Shown here piece by piece: positions 29,901 through 43,413 of a DNA stretch of 64,000 nt. The stretch spans positions 124,001-188,000 of the forward strand of contig KZ537968.1 of NCBI GenBank assembly GCA_000934665.2, given 5' to 3'. Positions within the stretch are counted from its first letter, which is position 1, and each line of letters begins with the position of its first letter. The position numbers were made by a program, and so were the translations under genes. This DNA is from Catajapyx aquilonaris. Lineage: Eukaryota. The notes beneath the pieces were generated by a model that was not told the DNA's origin, made no database searches, and saw nothing but the letters and a program-made list of their open reading frames with translations.

Positions 29901-32900
29901 AATTGCACAAGTCCACTTGTCTTCGCACGGTTGGTGATGATACTCGGCGGCCTATCGAGGATTTATTCTTTTTTTATAATACCAGCTCCTGAAGAAGTGG
30001 CGTTGGATCATCGATGTCGTGAGAGGACACCGGTTGGGGAGTTACACGGGATTCATATCCACATGTAAACTTGATTGCTGGAAAACCTGTTGTGCTGGGG
30101 GGGATCGAGTGAGGGACAATTGGAGCCAATTAATAATTTAAGAAGGGGTGATGTGGTCAGCACGCGTCGACCTCGAAATTCCAGGTAGAAAAAATAATGA
30201 AATGACAATTTGCATTGTGTATAAAAGGCCAAGGACTTGACGCGATGATGCCAATAGTAACTGTGAATATTGTAAAAAAAAAAATGTCCATATAATGCTA
30301 GTTAAGCTACATTAATGGTACGCCTAGGCTGTTCGTAATTAATAAGTTCAAGTGTGATTGTCCAACCATAATTACTGTGACATCAAAACGTTTTGCCAAT
30401 TAACGGTTTAGGTGCCATCAATAACCTGGCAGGAGTTATCAGATGCAAATAACTCAGGTAGTGACACAGTATGTCGGCAAGAGGCTGCCCCCCTAATTTC
30501 TCTCCATCATACTGTCAAGCACAATGCAAGAATGGGAGCGCATAGATCGCCCCGTACTATTACATCTGAGCCCCAGCAGATAGTGATGAAACCAGCAAAC
30601 GAGTTAGTTGCTGCCTCTCAACCGACTGTCGCCGTGGCTCGGCTTGCTTTTGCATAACCATGCGTGAAATTAAGCGTTCGTGGCCCCTTCACGACGACCA
30701 CCATTCATTAAGAGGGCTGGGTGTCACGTCCCTAACGACAAAATGACTTCCAGACGACCGTGTCCATGTGATTGCAACTTGCGAAACCGGTAGACTTCCT
30801 GACAACATCGGCGTCTGATAGGCGCCATTCTAACCAGGCAAATCTACGCAATATCAAGTAGCGAAAAATTTGCAACATTGAAAATGTATCATTTTTGCCA
30901 ACTGACAGCTCTTCCATGTTACAACACGTGACATTCACGCCCTCGATAAACTTTTTGCCTTACGGGATGCAGAATCAACATTCCCATTAGCATCAGACGT
31001 CCTTTTGATATATGGCAAACAATAAGCATTCTCTTATTCGAATGAAGGCATAATAGACCCATTCAAACAGTAGAATCCAATCTGACTCGGAGAACGTTTA
31101 TTCCGTACCGTGCCACCCTGCAATTATCCTCATTATTTTCCATTTTGCCGCCTTTACCCGCTCGTAAATCATTGCACTCTGTCATTCCTGCTTTGAAAAG
31201 GGCAAATCTTTTTGCTCGAGATGTTTCGCCATAAATCTGTGTGAGGATGATTAACTTATTACTCTTGCTTGAATATCCGCAAGTCATATTCTGAGGCAGG
31301 TAACACTAATTGCACAGGTATACCTGAAACACTTTCAGTCGTTACCAAAAACTGCGGGTTGGGAGTCTTTAAAACACCATAAATATGAAATCGGATTAGA
31401 TCTGAAATGAAGTTAATCCCTGTTGGTACACGAATGACCCTCGCGATGTCAAAACCCTTCCACATTACATGCACAATACAACTACAAATCGCATTAGAAT
31501 TTATATGGGTTTCAACCCTGCCCTCCTTTCCTCGTTTCTCATTCAGAAGACACACACCAGTCACACCCCAATGGCCTAAAGAATTCTCCATCCACAATGA
31601 ACAAAAATCAGAACCATGCTCAACCTTGGGGCATCCATCCGAAGCCCAAGTCGTGAAACATACACTTCACGATCAGATAAAGTAGCCAATATATAGGCCG
31701 CAGGGCGTATTAGTAATATGGCTTAAAATGGCTATGTCCACCATATATATCCTTTTACAAATTGCTTTATCCCACGCTCCATGTGTGGTCCTCGCCGGCA
31801 TGTAAAAACAAAAGTGCTAACCATTACGCACCTTGGACCGCAACCACGCCCGGTTTTAGTACCAAGCAATTCCCTTTGACGACATGCTGTTCGCACCCTA
31901 GGATGAGTTACTCATCATTACCTATAGCTACTGGTGCAATCTGATGGTCACTTTGGCTCATCCTGACAGGTATGCAACAAGCATGTGTTATAATCCGTAG
32001 AGAGTCATGAGCAAAGTAGAACGGGCAACGAAACAGGAAGTTGAAGAGATGCCAACAGAATAGACATTCCGAAAGTGATCAATAGCCCACTTCTACTCTG
32101 AAGTATTTTTTTATGCTGCAATGTCACAAACTTTACATGTTGACAAGATTGATAGGGTGCGACCAGTACGTGAAGGTGTGACACTAAGCAAAAATTTTTG
32201 TCTTGATCTTACCTGGCACCCTAAAACAATAGGGATTAGTTATGAAGACCTGGGTGCCCTGTCCACTCTGCCCCGCCCTCCAGAATGCCGCAAACTTGTT
32301 GGGGAGAAACTTTTACTTTCCTCATTACATTGCGCAGAAATTAGAGAAGGCAACATGCAAAAGCACGTAAAGGTGGCCACCTATTTTAAGATTAATGGTT
32401 CATTTAGTTTGAACGTGTTTGTTGTGGGCAATTAAAAGGAGACTTTAACATCTCGTTTCAGTTTGCAACTACGGGTCCGATTGGCATGTAGCAGAAACAC
32501 ACATCAGCAGTTCCTACAGAGCTTTCTCCAGGGAAAAGATACTGGGCGACATTGGTGTTTACGTTGGATTGAAACACGTTAACGTAACTCTCACAGGTAA
32601 GATGGTACCATCAGCTCTTGATTTTTTTTTCGCCAACTTTTAGATTGAAGTTGCCCTGATGAAACGAAAACAATATTTCAGAGCAATTCTCTCCTATCTC
32701 TATGTGCTTCACTTCCTATTTCTGTTCCAGGTGTGTCGAATCTCGCTTCGTTTGCCCTATTCTACCCATCATTCTCAGGTACTTGCTATTTTCTTGTCTT
32801 ATTACATTGCACTGCCATGTAGACACTTTTCCTGCACTTTTCACTATTGACCCTGAAAATAGTGCAACATGACAACAATAATGAAACAGACTCATGGTCA

Positions 32901-35205
32901 CTACATCCTAGTAGTTGCCCAATGCTGTTGTATGAGTTATTGGATACAAATATTTGTAGCTGTCTTTCTAGAAAACTTGCCAAAATTGGAAATGTGTTGC
33001 ACTTTTTCCAATTCAATAGCTGACCTGATGTAGACACATTCCCGGTAATATGCAAAGAACGTGATCTAACTTGACACCATTTTACACAATGACCTGGGCT
33101 TGCCCTCTGAAGAAAAGCAATACCATTTTGGCCACCTCAACACTCATAGTACGTGGTGGCCCAGAGGCTTTTCTCACCTCATCACACCCGCAGACCGCCT
33201 TCTTTTCCACTCGTTTCGCATTGTACGAATTGTCAGGGCAGAATTTCGTGGACATAAAAACTCGCCGGGTGGGATATCAAGGATATACATGTAAAGTATA
33301 GAGACCGCTGACTCGTGCACGGCGCATGTCGTAGCTTGGATGGAATGGGTTATTTCGTGGATGGGCGCCACCATGGCCATGTGCTTGAAACAAACGGGCC
33401 AGCCCTTTTAAAAAAAAGAGTGTGGCCTGCCTGCCAACAGGACGCCAATAATTTGACCTGAGCTGTCCACAAACTGTCCAAGTTGGAGGTTGCTTGCAGC
33501 AGAATCTGGAGAGTTATTTTCAACTGAGCACGACCACGTTTAGGCCACGAATTAGAATTGTGATACCTATTTTTCTTGCGGCTTCTAACAAGTTGTTGGG
33601 TTTACTTTACTGGGCGCTTCAACTGGTTTGTTGCTGCCAAAGTTTATAGCGTGCTTCTGTGGAGTACATTAACGAACATGTGCAAAATATTACTTGCAAC
33701 TCTAACCAACTAATTCACTTACTATAGGCCTGCAATATCTTGCATGTCGTGGACATCTCGTCCTGTTCGTGTGCTTTTCTGAACTGGTTGATAAAACAAA
33801 TAAAAATATTACACGAGCCAGATTCGCATGATCAAACTGTAATAGAGACATTGGCAGGTTAGATCATACGAATCAATGGTTGTGTAATTTTCATATTGAC
33901 GCCATCTGACATGTGCTTCACAATCATAACAATAAGTTGCATGATCTGAATCAAAACTGTGTCACAATGTTACTCTCCACATTGCCTCTCGCGTACTCCA
34001 AGACGTAACCCACCATCTGCTGCGCCACACTTGTATAATCCCAGTTCAATTCCCATCACGCTCGTGATTAGTCCCGCACACTTGTGCACACACATTCACA
34101 CACTGAATATTAAATAGAGGAATAAAAGCATTTGATTAATCCTTTTGTGGGGTGGTGCACACGCAGGAGAGCCGTTGAACATCAGTCAGACGGAAGACAT
34201 CGACTACAACGAGCGCTTCTACTGGGAAGGTCCGACAGAGGTACAGCAGGAGTTCCGCGCCGCTCTAGTCAAGGGGCTACCATACCCCATCCTCACTGTG
34301 GTCGAGTACTTCAGCCTGGACGAGGAAGGATTCAGTTGGGGGAGACACTACAGATCTGCGGGATACTATGGATCCATCCTTCTCTGGTGAGTTCTTGTGC
34401 ACGACCAAACATCCTTTGTTCAACAGGAGTTAAATGTCTCGCATTGAAACACTTAGCAGGGAGATGTATTATCAAAATATTCATTACATCTCCCCAATAC
34501 TTTCCTCATTTAAAATGCAATAAGGTAAGGTCAGTACTTCATTAATTATCTAATTAACCTACTACTGGCAATACTGCAGTAATAAAGCCAGTTGATCAGT
34601 ACATTGTCTATTGTCTGCTACGATATAAGCCATATATTGCGCTAATACCTTATCCACCTCATTGTGTCTATTTTGCACGACTATGCCTTTTCCTGGAGTA
34701 GTAATAATCCGTGGAGATTTATAGCTACTGGCGGGACTAAAGAAAATCAGACCACTCGTGAAAGTCATCCTCATTGTCCCCCCGAATTTCTTAAGGCTCC
34801 TTATATATTACATCCAAATGTGGAATTACCACCCTTCCCATACTTACATGCGCAATAAATGGAAAGGCGGCACAGGTCATTTCTTATTTGAAATGCTCCA
34901 ATTGATTCGCTTCGGCATCGCAATTGGCCTTTTTTGAGACTCACTTCATGCCACCCAAGCATTATGGCAATTAAATGGCCTCCAATGGTACGATTCCCAC
35001 TCCTACGAGTCACGGAATGAACACTAAAATCGAGATCCGGTCGTTTGAGGATGAAAGGGATGTTCTGCACGTTCTAGGTCGTAATTCCACGGGGATTACA
35101 TAACATTAGGTGCGGTAGGTCGGATCTTCACGAAAGGAAGAAAACTGGTATCAAAAAGCAGCAGCACATAATTCATTTTGTTACCGTTACATCAACGATT
35201 TTCCT

Positions 35206-35272
<67 letters not shown>

Positions 35273-38200
35273 GACATAACTTAATTTATTGAGGTCCCCC
35301 CGTTGTTACGAATTTTCCAAGTCCTTAAATTATAACCTAGGAGTAGATTCCTTATGTAACTTGAGAGTTAGAAAGTGGGTATCCTATTTTGATATTATTC
35401 TTTTTTTGTTGCACGATGTGGACAAATTGTGGGGAATTAATAGTTTTTCCACCCATTTTTACATGGTTTGTACAAAAGGTGACAACAGTTGTTCCACCAG
35501 GTTGTAATTTATTTCTGTTTCATAACCCCAGTTATAAACCATTCTTCCGGCCTAAAAGAGGAGAAAGCCAACATGTTGTGAAAAAACGTATCCAAGTGTT
35601 GTAATTAAATCACATCTTTACGCTGGTTAGAAATTGCGAGTTTGTTCTAAAAGCGGGAAATTATTGCAGATTATAATAATTCCGTAAACAATGGGGACCT
35701 GAATTTGGCAATATACAAAAGAGCACGACTCCTGAATTTTTTGAACCCATAGCATTTGCACTAAATATTGTTATCGTACACTCGAGTTTAAATTTTTATA
35801 TTTTTTAACCATTAAGGATGCAGTATCGTCCTTGTAAGTGCAAACCTATACTGACCCACTTGGCAGAGGCAAAAACCAATCCAGTCTAAATGTGGAGAGA
35901 TGATGCATGTGCGAAAAGGTATCATTGTCTAGCCATCGCCGGAATTCCATCTGAAATACAGATTTCTGTGGAAGAAAAAAAAAGCACAAAGGAATTTCTT
36001 GCAGCAATGGGTAATTGAGTAAGGAGCTCAAGGCTCTTCTCGGTCCCCTGCACACAACCTTTCGGTCTCCTCGTTCTACACTAAAGAAGAACAATGACCG
36101 AAACTTGCTTCATGCCTTTATTACAGAAATCCCTCGGGGCGTGATGGCTTGCCGTATATGAGCATAACGAGAGGAAATCATATCGTTATAGTATAAACAG
36201 GTCCGAAATTCGCCAAATGGCTAATCCCTCAGCTATAGTAATCCGCTCGTTACCTATGCAGATTTGCAAAATTCTAAGCGTTGTCCTCCTAACCTTATCC
36301 CGTTACATACATGTACAAATCTGTATAAGTATCGAACTACACACTTGAGATCACGTTCCACTTTCCCACTCCATACTTTTCAAATACTGTCCTCTAATCC
36401 TGTCCGCGACGACTGATGATACTTCTCTTACTCAGCATTACCAAGCATTATGTACGATTTTTTTTCGTGTGTAAAGCGACATGTACAAGATCTCCTTCTA
36501 TAGTTACGAAGGTAAATCTCTCGTGCACGTAATATATCAGGCTTTGTCAGGCAGTTTGCTAACAGGTCGAGATTTCTGGATGTAGTATGGGTGCTGTACA
36601 ACGTAATGCACGGTAATTTAAGAGGCACATTCGCTGTTCAGCATTGTACGAAAAGCATGAAAAGGTCACTGAATATACGAATTTGGCTACCTGGGTAGTT
36701 AGGTGCTTTCTCCAAGTATATTCTGCATAATTCAAGGCCTTGCATTATTCGTAAGTCATTGGCGGTCAAGGATTACTTGGCAGATAAGAAAAGTTAAGAT
36801 GCATATTGCTGCTTACATGAGTGGCATTTGGCATATGCAAAGTACTGGATCTTCCGCTGTGGTCAATCGAGGGTCAAGGCTCATTACAGCCTGTCAGTAT
36901 TGTTTACAATAAATATGTGCCTGGTACCTCAACTAGTAAGTACACCACTTGTGTGGCATGTAAGCGAACGGACGTAAATCCAACAATGTTGCAGTGATGA
37001 GAATATCACCCATATTAAAATTGTTAAAATATGTGTATTAGTGTACGCTATTTATTAAGATTAATATATTTCTCGAAATGATGCATTTTAATAAGTTGCA
37101 TCTTAGACTGATATGAAATCACATTTGTGAATATTAATTTCATGTCCTATGACTTTGTAACAACACACTTGTCACAATAGTGAGCTTTTAAATGGTCTAT
37201 GCATTCACTGCTCTAAACAAAGTTACAATCTTAAAGAAACAAATTGTGTCTCTGTCAGTAGTGACTTGTGGCTGAACTTAAATTGGCCTGCTCGTGACCC
37301 ACTCAGGCACTTGGACCCATAATCTAGATTCTAGATGTTGCAGCTCAACGCAAAAGTTCTCTCCGAATCACACCCCTTTCACGAAGAGCCATAAAATGGG
37401 AAAACATGACGCAGAGTTGACTTTTTTAATGCGGCAAAGTAATCAGATTGTTATTTCAATTGCTCCAGCCCCATTCTTCCCCCTTTGTATTATTTATCAT
37501 CACTATATACACTATTGGTCATAATCGGACCAGAAAGAATGCGGAATAGGAAACACGAAGTGTGAGTGGCCTTCGCACGCACTTGTTCCCAATTGCGACT
37601 GCACTTTTGATGTCAGATAACTAATGGGTGCAAGTCCCGTGAGTAATTGCAACCGGAGTCACATTAGTTACGCTTCATAAATCTGTATCACGGGTTGTAC
37701 TCTACCTGGGGAAAGTGACACTCCTAGATGTGGGGACTCCTGCTTACCTGTTAGTAAAACTGGCAGCATACACATCGTGTACGCAATTTTTTTAATTTGT
37801 CAGAGGCTACCTGCTCTAAAAACTCATAACTCGCTTGTTCTTCTCTTTTCCGGCAAAGGACATGCTTCGCTTCCTGGATGCTGATGAACCTCCTGCTGGT
37901 GGTGGTCCCTCGTTATGGGGCCTATATGATGACGTTGACTGGCGCCCTCATGCTCATCACCAATCTCCTCTACTACATTTTGCTGCCAAAGAGACCCTTA
38001 GTGATAAGGTTCGAAGAAAAGCTCCTCCACTTTCGCTTCGGATGGTGCTACTGGCTCATCTTAGTCGCAGGTAAAGTGCCTTGACATGTACACCAAACAT
38101 TTTTCTATAGAGGTGGAAGGCCATGGAAGACAGGTGCAACTTAACTCGTAATTTCCAACTCCTTATATGTGGATAATAATGACGCGTGTGGTAGTCATTA

Positions 38201-41200
38201 CGGTAAAACCACATATTTCCTGCCTATCTGTCACTCTCCCTTCTACACGAATCTACATGCAGGTGCAATATGCGCCCGTAAGTTGTAAACTCCAGACTTG
38301 CGTGAAGATTTTTTAAAAACCTAAGCATATGTATACCTACGGGCCGACTGTAATTGTAGGGTATTGAGACAGTTCGAGAATATTAATGTAGACTAATTTA
38401 TACGGCCCTAATTCATATTCTGATATAGACTTTCAGCACGAATATCGGTCAGCTGCAAACGTGATTGAATTAATTAGCCGACTGTTAATAGCAATGGGAT
38501 CAAATCTTCATATTGAAGAAGATTCATATAGCATTAAAAGTAGGCTACCACATTTTTTCTTACAATAGTTATGCAAAATGTGGGCTACAATGCAAAACAG
38601 ATGCAAGGAATTTTCCACTCCTAGGTTTTCTTTTATAGTCTACAGCCGAGGTTTGAAGTTCGAGTATTCGGAAAGTAGGAGGTTCAATAAATTCATAATC
38701 TGCCACATCAATGCAGGCCACATTGTCTACGGTCCACGCAGTTCTCACGTGCAGCCTCTCTCAGACGGCCTGATGTTGCGCGTTACTTTACGTGCGAGAA
38801 TTATGACACCATCAACTGGCTGAGTCAACGAACCATTTGTATAGGGATGTAAATAATGAAACAATAGGAACTATCGTCACACTCACGTTTTAGACCTGAT
38901 CTCGCTTGACCATTGAAAATGCCATAAACTGCACCTGCCGACATGTTTACAGTTAACTTCCAAATGCACGCAAGCTATTTATTGCTATTGCAATATAAGC
39001 AACATTTTCACTGCTCAATAATTCATATTTAATATGGCAACAGCGGAACACCATCGATGTAAATCCAAAGACCTTCATCTGGCATTTTGTCTCCATAATT
39101 ATGAAGCAATCTAAGCCGTAGAAAATGAGACCATTTATAAACTCATTGCAAAGTGCATAAATTATTGTTTTTAAACTGACGTGATGTACTTTCGTGGCAT
39201 TCCAGTGTTTACTATTTTTTAAAAAAATCGCCGGAAGGAACGACTCAAATTCAGTTTTCACCACATTATTAGCGGCAATAACTACACCTCAGTCAGACCA
39301 TACCGAATGAACAACCCTTTGAATGACGCAGTGTCCAGGATGTGGTCATAGCAAAAATACTGCTTCGCCAACAAGCATTCCAAGCAGATCGCCAGTAGCC
39401 CGAGATTATGTGAAGTCAAGCGGCGCATATTTTGCCCATAAAATAATATCACACACTGGAAGAATTTGCCCGGCAGTGCAAATCTTGGGAGAGATTCACG
39501 AAACAGTTTCCCTTTCACTGCAAAGGCCTCCCGAGGGGGGGAAACTCGCAAGGCAGGTTCCCTACTGACCTATTGGCCGCCACGGTACGGACCTTACCAG
39601 GTACGGAGACGGGGTTACATCGATGAAGACCTCTGACACCACTTGAAATAACTGGGAGCTCACCACATCCACTAACCATTGTTAACCAGGTTTGAATCAT
39701 GCTAAGTTATTCACACAGTGCTGGACCCGGTCCAGATCCGGTCCACTATTGTGTAACAATTTCATGAGCACTGATGGAGAAAATGACCGGATTTGTTCCA
39801 AGATAGTGTGGTACTAAAAGCGTTTAGTGTTAATGAAATGAGCGTGCCGAATTTTTATTGAGAGATCGAACTTTCAAGCAAACAAACTGATGGCAATCAG
39901 GAAACCGTTTTCAAAGATTTATTGAATCGAATGATTTTAATTACTGATCTAGGAGCCGGGTCATTTAATGGGACACCTGCTGGTTAGCCAAGATTTTTAT
40001 TATTCTATTAGAGTTTTACAGATTGGGTCGGGGGAGTCGTAGGTCAACTATTTAGCATGATCTAGCTCGTTTTATATGCTCTTTTTTTTGTTGAAACTGG
40101 CCTGGGGGCTACTCGCTATACTTGTAAAATATTATTTATCGAAAGTGAGCCGAGTCATGCGTGGCCAACTCTCCGCCCTGCACTTGACCCACGACCACTA
40201 CGTTACGACGTTTTATGACGTATACCCAAAAAGTCGTGCGTACTTCATTACACCCTCCTTTTTTCGTTATACAACTCGTCCTTCGCACACCAGATTCCGT
40301 AAGATTAATGTGGTCAAGTTGCGCGCATTTCTCTACTCATTACCAGCATTTCACGATCCCATAAAGGTCATACGGTTCAATGTAGAGAATGTACATGTTT
40401 TGCCCAAAATGTATGATCAGAAGCCCGCTGAGACCAACCGAAACAAGCGTTGTTGGCCTATAGGTTAACAGTGCCAGAAATTGCCTAAAATTTACAAACT
40501 TCATTAATTGTTGCCGGTATAAACTACCAGACTGTTAACCTGGGCCAACACTACATTTCCCCATCAGAAAATTTACGAGCTTCATTAATTTTTTTGCAGG
40601 TATTTTATGTCTAATAGTCGGGCTCATCATTGCCATAATGGACATGATCTACCCGCACAAGTTCTCCACCATCCTGGAGGTGGACTATGACACTCCCTAC
40701 GACCGCCACATAATCATCGAAGAGAGTCACTTCACCAGGAAGAAGAAGAACAAAACACCTAGGTTGGAGGAACCACCTTCTGCCGGACTAGGCTCCAGGT
40801 TGCTCAGGTGAGGTGGTGTACCTGTCTGGTTTGTCCAGAAGAATCTGCGTGCTGCGTGAAAGTGTCCCTACCTCGATCTTTCTCTTTTTTTTCATTTTTC
40901 TCATTCGCGTGTTGACCCAACACTCCTGCGTAGAAAACGTAATCCCCCAGCCAGGTCTTGCGTTTTTCGTTTCGCCGGAATCCGAACCGTGATTGACGGG
41001 CTACACAATTTTGTATTAAGCAACAACCCTCCGCTCCTTGGATTCATCGCCTTAAGCACCCCCCAGACCCCAGTACGTATCATTTTTGAGGTCAAGTGAC
41101 GCGGAATTCGTGTTACAATTCGATAAGCTCAAATCATGTTTGTTTACCGCTCGTTTCAAGCTTGTACAATTCATTTGCTATGTTTGCGGTTCGATGATCT

Positions 41201-42148
41201 TGCAACCGCTTAACTGGAACTAAGTGGCTCCATTGTTGGTTGCAGGTTTAATGACGTTTTTGACCTCACTTGTTCAGGTTGCATAAATCGCTAGAAAAAA
41301 TGCATTCGTCCAATATTGATGTTCAGTTCTACAGGAGTGTCCATGTTTCCTTCTAGGAGGCTCTCGAAGAGGGAGAAGCTGGACGACAGGCACGGGCTGG
41401 ACAACGAAGCCTTCGAGATGGACCCTCCCAAATCTCCTTGGAGGTATCCTCACCTGATGCTGAGGCAGGACTTTGGTCGAAAACCGAGCCCCAAGTCTGT
41501 GAGCTTCCGGCGCCAGAGCAGGACGGACGGCGCCAACAATGGACTGGCTCTCAGCCATGGGAACGGAACACAAGCACCATTGTCCCTACCCCCTCTCCTC
41601 TCAAGGGATCCTCTACATATGCTAAACCGCGCAGATTCCAAGGGTTCCAGCCTTTCTAGTGATTCAGGAGCCTCTCTGCCAAGATTGGACTCCTTGACAA
41701 TCCAAATGCATCCGACGGAAGTCACGGTTCGTTCGTCCAGTTTCCATCTACCGATCTGTGTATTTTATTAGGCTTCCCAATTGCAGAACAATAAGGGCCC
41801 AATTCAGCGGCAGGATTCGCAACAATCTGCAGGTAGCAGCAGCCTGTCCAGCTTCGGGCTGTCTTTCCTTAGCCGCGCAAACTCTCGGAAGGAGCCGGTC
41901 AGCAAAGCCAAGGAGGTCACGTTGAGTAGGCAGATGCACCAGCTACAGGTTGACCCCGGGTCGCACAGGCCATTAGGACGAAGCGCCAGCGCCAGGGATT
42001 CCACCGTATCTGTGGATGCGGCACCAGGCACCAAGATTCTCAGGTGGGCAACTATACTGATATTTAACTTAACAATAAAAAAATAATTTCGATCACAATT
42101 TACAGGAGGAATTCTGGAGAGAACCTACGCGAGATGGCCATGTGGTGA
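17771..42148 (+). CDS. DUOXA: Dual oxidase maturation factor (DUOXA / moladietz / Numb-interacting protein), 9 coding exons, about 555 aa
   Basis: Exons 17771-17935, 20999-21056, 32462-32596, 34167-34386, 37859-38070, 40600-40807, 41357-41726, 41787-42043, 42106-42148. All junctions are GT-AG and phases are consistent (1668 nt, one ORF). Family motifs seen: MRGWFDAFRSDGGPTLY, TLSLFVGTVIL, YRAFSREK, VGLKHVNVTL, IDYNERFYW, KGLPYPILTVVEYF, WGRHYRSAGYY, FGWCYWL, with five hydrophobic segments. Confidence 0.95.
20999..21056 (+). CDS. DUOXA: DUOXA coding exon 2
   Basis: catttcag|CGT...; translates RFTTFTSVTLSLFVGTVIL; donor G|gtaagt. Not in the ORF track. Confidence 0.9.
32462..32596 (+). CDS. DUOXA: DUOXA coding exon 3
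   Basis: gtttcag|TT...; translates (V)CNYGSDWHVAETHISSSYRAFSREKILGDIGVYVGLKHVNVTLT; donor G|gtaaga. Not in the ORF track. Confidence 0.93.
34167..34386 (+). CDS. DUOXA: DUOXA coding exon 4
   Basis: Translates (G)EPLNISQTEDIDYNERFYW...AGYYGSILL(W); acceptor acgcag, donor TG|gtgagt. Confidence 0.93.
35206..35272. repeat. (TAC)n microsatellite, about 22 units, in DUOXA intron 4
   Basis: Perfect trinucleotide run seen directly. Confidence 0.98.
37859..38070 (+). CDS. DUOXA: DUOXA coding exon 5
   Basis: Translates TCFASWMLMNLLLVVVPRYGAYMM...FGWCYWLILVA; donor G|gtaaag. Confidence 0.92.
40600..40807 (+). CDS. DUOXA: DUOXA coding exon 6
   Basis: tttttgcag|GT; translates (G)ILCLIVGLIIAIMDMIYPHKFSTILEVDYDTPYDRHIIIEESH...GLGSRLL(R); donor AG|gtgagg. 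Not in the ORF track. Confidence 0.92.
41357..42148 (+). CDS. DUOXA: DUOXA coding exons 7-9 (cytoplasmic tail)
   Basis: 41357-41726 (RLSKREK...LDNEAFEMDPPKSPWRYP...PTEVT), 41787-42043, 42106-42148 (RNSGENLREMAMW*). The exon 7/8 junction is the least certain. Confidence 0.8.
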
Positions 42149-43407
42149 TGCTGCCAAGTAGATGTGACCAGTATCGCATCAGGGCGACCCCAAATGGTAG
42201 TTAAGTCAAATGTCTTTCCAGCATAACTTCCAGGTCATAGATGCTGTGGGTACATTCTTTCGCCAAAACCCTGCTTTCATTACAGCTGACTGGATGCGAC
42301 GACACGTGCTATGTAACTGCATTTTATTTGTGGGTTTGCCCTACTACATTGTTTTTTGGAGTGAAAAAATGCAAAATGGTGCTCAGTATTACTGTATGAA
42401 CTCCCATGTACCGTCCGGAAACCTAATGGGGGAACCTAAGATGCTGTTGGACACTTGAATGTAACCGCTGTTGGTTTCCCAGGATGCCTTTTTCAAGACT
42501 GACGCCCCCCCCCCTCCCTTGCCCCCCATGAAAAAAAGAGTGCCTTCTGTTCGACTTGTCTTGTTCATGTGATTAGAAACGGTTGCCATACTTGATATTT
42601 TTTGCATTAATTTTACTGGAAAGACTGGGTCCAGTAGTATCCCGCATCTGTCACTGCAGTTAGTGACTTATTCGAATTATTTTTTTTGAGAGGATGGAAA
42701 AAACAAAAGCTACATCATGGCAGTGTCGACAAGTTACTCGTAATTTTTTTTTTAAATAAGCGTCTGTCCAATCGATTCAATTCCCGTTTGTATTATGGCT
42801 CTAGCTCGTGATCCTTGGATTTTTAGTCACCGTTTTTTTTTCTTTAGCAAACTTGTATTTACAATCATTTTTTGTAAAAGTACAAAACAAACTGCAAAAA
42901 AAGTCGACTTGAATGTAAGCTTCCACATTCTCACGTTATTATCGTAATTGTTATTTAAGTCTGTATGAGTGATGCATACATTTTTGCGCTTTGCATGGCC
43001 GGTATCATATCGATGCAATTTTTGATTGTGAATTTATTCTTTAACATGGTTCCTATACCAAAGAATAAATGGAGGATTTTCTCTACTTTTCTTCTGGATC
43101 TCCCGACACTCCCATTTTTGCCCTCATTAATATTATTATTATCACTCGGAATATTACAGTACAACGAATCCAGCAGGATCTAAACATTATAAATTATTGA
43201 GTAAATATCAATACAGCTAGAATTGGTGTATAATATGGTATTTGTTTTCTCAAATCAGATACTTTTCATAACTGACGTGGACATGCTCCTTGAAGATTTG
43301 TAAACATCAGCTTGATATTTTTCATATACAGTATTCTCGAGCATCCCACAACTATCAAAACTAATGGAAAATTTATTTGTAATTTTCAGTCCGTGTGAAG
43401 CAATAAT

Positions 43408-43413
43408 AATAAA
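43408..43413 (+). promoter_or_regulatory. Candidate polyadenylation signal of DUOXA
   Basis: AATAAA in AT-rich sequence about 1.26 kb past the stop codon; other AATAAA hexamers lie near 43064 and 43528. Confidence 0.35.

Noticed and set aside
25861..38830. AP-1/ARE-like TGAGTCA motifs (e.g. 25861, 38821) suggesting redox control of DUOXA
   Set aside because: Isolated 7-9-mers are expected by chance in 64 kb and these are not clustered.
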